Source: Octopus sinensis
Taxonomy: Eukaryota
Length of the DNA stretch: 64,000 bases
Assembly (NCBI RefSeq): GCF_006345805.1
Contig: NC_043001.1
Coordinates: 30,132,001 to 30,196,000 of the forward strand
Direction of reading: 5' to 3'
Positions 59,542 through 64,000 of the stretch are shown here, piece after piece (within the stretch, counting starts at the first letter, position 1; each line of letters begins with the position of its first letter). The position numbers and the translations under genes are program-made. A model generated the notes under the pieces. It was not told where the DNA came from. It searched no databases and saw only the letters and a list, made by a program, of their open reading frames with translations.

Positions 59542-60853
59542 GTAAGTGAAATTCATGTTTTTTTGGGGGGTTTTTTTTCTTTTTATTTGCATTTCACTAT
59601 TATGACGTTTAAAGTCAAAATATTAAATGCCATATTTACTTGTGAATAAATTGCTCTCCCAGCTCAGTGTTAAAACTTGGTTCAAAATTTTCCCCTTCAT
59701 ATTCAAACTTGCCCTGTGTATAAGTCACACCCCAGTTTATTAATTTAAAATCAAAAAAGCACCTATGTTGGTGTCACATTAAATGCACCCATGCTGGTGC
59801 CACATAAAAAGGTACCCAGTAAACTCTATAAAGTGGATGGCATTAGGAAAGGCATCAAGCCATAGAAACCTTTCCAAAACACAATCTAATACAGAATGCA
59901 ACATATACGTTATATATTTGTGTATATATTAAGAAAGATAATTCATGTCAGTTGACTGGCATCCGTGCTAGTGGAGCGCTAAGAGTACCATACAAGCGAG
60001 ATCATTGCCAGAGTAACAAGCTGGCCTCCGTGCCGATGACACGTAAAAAACACCATTTGAGCATGATCGTTACCTGCGTCGCCTTACTGGCAATTGTACT
60101 GGTGGCACATGAAAAAACATTTGAGCGAGGTCGTTGCCAGTTCTGCTGGACTGGCTCCTGTGCAGGTGGCACGTAAAAAGCACCATTTGAGCGTGGCTGT
60201 TGCTGTACTGCCTGACTGGCCCTCGTGCCGGTGGCATGTAAAAAGCACCCACTACACTGTCGGAGTGGTTGGCATTAGGAAGGGCATCCAGCTGTAGGAA
60301 CTCTGCCAAATCAAGATTGGAGCCTGGTGCAGTCATCTGGTTCGCCAACCTTCAGTCAAAATCGTCCAACCCATGCTAGCATGGAAAGCGGACATTAAAC
60401 GATGATGATGGTATATATATATATATATATAAATAAATGTGTTTGTGTCTATATTTATCATACACATCCCACCACCACAACCTGACAACCAGTGTTTGTT
60501 TGTTTACACCCCCTTAACTTAGCAGTTTAGCAAAAGGGAACAATAGACTAAGTAGCTGGTTTTATAAATAACAAACGTTGTTGCTGGGGTTGATTTGTTT
60601 GACGAAAATTGTTAAAGGTGGTGCCCTTACATGGCTATAGTCAAATGACTGAAACAAGTAAAAGATATAAGAAAAAACGACTGGGAGAAGGAAAATTCTT
60701 ACAGATTAAAGATGAAATTTTAAGGGGAATTTCAGAAATTTTACAACACATATAATTAAAATAGCTTCCATTTAGTTATGTTTTTTACAACTTTGATTTA
60801 CCAGTTGCTTGCAAAATGCTAATTTTTTTTTTTTCTTCCCTTGCATCTTTCAG

Positions 60854-60944
60854 GTGAAGAGGAAGACCTTTCTTGGTATCCAAAGGAGAAAATTGATTTT
60901 GTTAAACGCAAGTTAGATGGGGAGCATCCTGCTTACATTACCAG
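60854..60944 (+). CDS. PRKDC: DNA-PKcs exon 23 in window
   Basis: tttcag|(S)EEEDLSWYPKEKIDFVKRKLDGEHPAYIT+AG|gtaatg; resembles [23 protein letters not shown]; phase 1/2. Confidence 0.96.
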
Positions 60945-61049
60945 GTAATGTCACATTATACTCAACATTTTCACCTTCGTTAAAATTTTTTAATACTAAC
61001 TTATCTTAAACTGCCTCTAGTTCTTTGCTACAGAAAATTCTGTTTTATA

Positions 61050-61123
61050 AAATCGGTGAGTCAGTGGTAGAATGCTCGCCTGCCACGTGGGCAGCCCGGG
61101 TATGATTCCCAGCCGATGCACCA
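61050..61123 (+). pseudogene. tRNA-Gly(GCC) relic ending in CCA
   Basis: aaATCGGTGAGTCAGTGGTAGAATGCTCGCCTGCCACGTGGGCAGCCCGGGTATGATTCCCAGCCGATGCA-CCA; first two acceptor bases, the TTCG loop and several CpGs are mutated. Confidence 0.82.
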
Positions 61124-62991
61124 TATCTATAGGCATAGGAGTGGCTGTGTGGTAAGTAGCTTGCTTACCAACCACATGGTTCCAGGTTCAGTCCCACTGC
61201 GTGGCACCTTGGGCAAGTGTCTTCTACTATAGCCTCGGGCCGACCAAAGTCTTGTGAGTGCATTTGGTAGATGGAAACTGAAAGAAGCTCGTCGTATATA
61301 TATATATATATGTATATATGTATATATGTGTGTGTGTATATGTTTGTGTGTCTGTGTTTGTCCCCCCCAACATCGCTTGATAACCGATGCTGGCGTGTTT
61401 ACATTCCCATAACTTAGTGGTTCGGCAAAAGAGACCGATAGAATAAGTACTAGGCTTCCAAAGAAAAGTCCTGGGGTCGATTTGCTCGACTAAAGGCAGT
61501 GCTCCAGCATGGCCACAGTCAAATGACTGAAACAAATAAAAGAGTATCTAATTAAAAACCTTCTACCATAATTTTTTGTGAAACCCTTTTCTTATCAGCA
61601 AAACAGTTAAAAGTTCATTATTTTATTAAATCCCTTTCAATAATTACTCTTCTAAATTAATTGAACGTATAGGCAGTGTATTTCATTAGAAATGCGGTCA
61701 TGAAATGGTGAGAATTAATTCTATTTAATTGGTTATACTCTGTTCTCCAGGCTTACAAAAAAAAGGTGGAAAATTCTGTTTAAATAAACATTTCTTCAGT
61801 TTTTTCTTTCATTGTTTCTTCTCTAGTTCTTTGTTCTGCTTACCTTTCTGCTCCTTCATATTGGTTTCAAAGGCTCAAGGCCAGCAATTTCTGAGGAGTG
61901 GGGTCAATCAATTACATCGACCCTAGTGTCCATCATCATCATCATCCAGTGTTTTAAATCCAGGTTTTGCCCCTGTTAACAGGGGTGGCCGGATCTATCT
62001 CAATGCCATAGCAACTGAGGCAGGCAGGTGCGGCCTACATCAACCTTTGGGCTGGCTGGCTGGCTGGTGCCTATTCTCCCTTGCTATCATGAGGCTTTTT
62101 TGGAGCAGGGTTTTCTACGGGGAACATGCCCTTACTTACCTCCAGCCTCAGTTTCTAGACATGAGTGGCCCCAAGACCAAGGCCTCTACCACAATTTTTA
62201 AGAAATGTGGTGGAAAACAATCTCAGGACAGCAGGGACGCTTCACCCTGAGACTCCTTTCGGAGCCCCTCTATCCACAATTGGTATTGATTTTATTGACC
62301 TCAGCAGAATTTGAACCCAGAGTATAAACATGGATGAAGTGCCACAGAGCATTTTGCCCAGTGTGCTAATGGTTCTGCCAGCTTGCCACCTTCCTCCTCC
62401 TTAATATTAATAGTGTTGACTTCTTACATAAACACAAAGCCACAAAAGTATCAATGACGGAATTGTTAGTATATTTTACCCTTTGAAGCATTACAGTTTT
62501 CTCAATATCCTAATTACTCTTTCTTTCATAGTAACAAATATCATTGTGTCTTCTAGAAGTATTTTGAATTGAGATGCATTTACATAGTTTAGTCTGACCA
62601 AACTGTTCTTTTAGTTCATGGTTGTATTATAGAGAGCACATTATCTTAACAGTGAATTAAGGCAAAATTAACAAGAAACCTCTGTGAGGTCACTTGGCCT
62701 GCTAGAAATAACAGCCAAATCTCCTCCAATGTTGTCTAACATTGCCCTTAAAAAGAGAGAGTTGTCATCGCTGAAGCACCTGAGATCAAGTTTCTGCTCA
62801 GTCAGAGTAAAAGCTGAATAGATGTAAGCTGTTGGACTGTAAGTTATGCTGAGTCTATATCTTATCAGAAATGTTAAACCAAGGTTTGGTAATATTAAGA
62901 AAGTCATCTCACAGTTGAGTGTTAGTGACCATGCTACTCCCCAACTTTAATTCATTTAACAAATTAGCAACAGGGCTTGTAGTTAAATCAT

Positions 62992-63288
62992 CCATCCATC
63001 TTCTCTGTCCACTATTCTTATGAGGGTCGTGGGCGGATGGGGTAAAATCTTCAGGAACCTCCTTCATAGGATACTATCAGAAGCAACTATCATTAAATTT
63101 TCCACCTGGATTCCCAAGCATGACCTACTGAGACTATGGATATTATCCAGCTATCTCATTCTTGGTCTACCCCTAGGACCCCTATGAGTTGGCTCAGTTT
63201 GAAGAATCTATCTTGCGATTCTTCCCTGCAACATTTTAATCACATGTCCTTAATACCAGAGCTGTAACCTTTCAATGCAGAGAAGTTA
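62992..63288 (-). mobile_element. RTE-clade LINE 3' end (lineage D, Expander-like), degraded
   Basis: LLCIERLQLWY*GHVIKMLQGRIAR*ILQTEPTHRGPRGRPRMR*LD...LGIQVENL...LLKILP-like end; (GGAT)n-like tail. Confidence 0.75.
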
Positions 63289-63842
63289 AATCATTTAGCT
63301 AATTAATTAAATTTTAACAATTTCAACTTCAGGTGTCATCATCATCTGCAAAATCATCGTTTAACATCCGTTTTCCATGCTAGCATGGGTTGGACAATTC
63401 GACCGGGGTCTGGGAAGCCAGGAGACTGCACCAGGCTCCAGTTTGATCTGGCAGTGTTTCTACAGCTGGATGCCCTTCCTAATGCCAACCACACCATGAG
63501 TGTAGTAGGTGCTTTTTATGTGCCACCAGCACAGGTGCCAGGGGAGGCTGGCAGCAGCCACGATCGGTTGGTGCTTTTTACATGCCACCGGCACGGAAGC
63601 CAGTCATGGCAGCACTGTCATCAGCCATGTTCGGATGATGCTTTTTACATGCCACCAGCATAGGTATCACAACTACAATTTCCATTAGATTTTTTTATTT
63701 TGATGTTGATGTACTTGACTCAATAGGTCTCCTCAAGCACAACAGGTCACCCTACGACCCAAGGTAAGCAAAAATTTTCAAAACTTTTTTTGTTTTACAT
63801 TTAAGGGAGTAAAAAATAACTTTTTCTTTCTTTTATTTAAAG

Positions 63843-64000
63843 GGATGAATTGAATCTGAATTCACATGTGAGAAAATCGGATGCTTTGGAATCTATCACT
63901 TCGATTGTTCTGGGTACTGAAGGCAATGTTCGATATACACTTCCGCAAAAACATCTTACTGTTGAGCAACAAATTACAGCACTCATTGATTTGGCTACAG
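63843..64000 (+). CDS. PRKDC: DNA-PKcs exon 24 in window (towards FATC), cut by the window end
   Basis: ttaaag|(R)DELNLNSHVRKSDALESITSIVLGTEGNVRYTLPQKHLTVEQQITALIDLAT...; resembles LSEETQVKCLMDQATD; the stop codon lies beyond the window. Confidence 0.95.

Larger units (their letters stand above)
1850..64000 (+). other. PRKDC: PRKDC (DNA-PKcs) gene, 3' portion, 24 coding exons; incomplete at both window ends
   Basis: The spliced translation is collinear with human DNA-PKcs as I recall it, from [14 protein letters not shown] through the kinase domain to LMDQATD. All 23 introns join in compatible phases; 22 are GT-AG and one is probably GC-AG. Confidence 0.97.

Overview
AT-rich, microsatellite- and transposon-dense animal genomic DNA. 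The repeat families look like those of an Octopus/coleoid cephalopod genome (my recollection, not verified). The window holds the 3' part of one large + strand gene, PRKDC (DNA-PKcs). I reconstructed 24 coding exons by hand (1850-64000; 3106 nt, about 1035 codons, about 5% of the window). All splice phases are compatible and there are no in-frame stops. They cover the FAT region, the PI3K-related kinase domain ([25 protein letters not shown]), the PRD and most of FATC; the gene runs off both window ends. The introns are mostly mobile DNA: a DD37D maT element abutting a DD34D mariner, two solo LTRs, non-autonomous Helitrons, piggyBac-like and Merlin-like MITEs, fragments of four RTE-clade LINE lineages, two R4/Dong-like fragments, Penelope-like relics, several SINE families and two decayed tRNA genes. 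There is no prokaryotic-type system (no CRISPR, no operon), and I cannot honestly claim a new biological system. The best leads are: (i) Trp-to-Cys at the otherwise conserved PIKK hinge position; (ii) a SINE inserted directly behind both tRNA relics; (iii) long intronic foldbacks beside exons, relevant to A-to-I editing; (iv) the link between the most abundant short repeat and an RTE LINE 3' UTR containing a VNTR; (v) hammerhead-like relics; (vi) a probable GC-AG intron. All coordinates were counted manually, and repeat boundaries may be off by a few bases.
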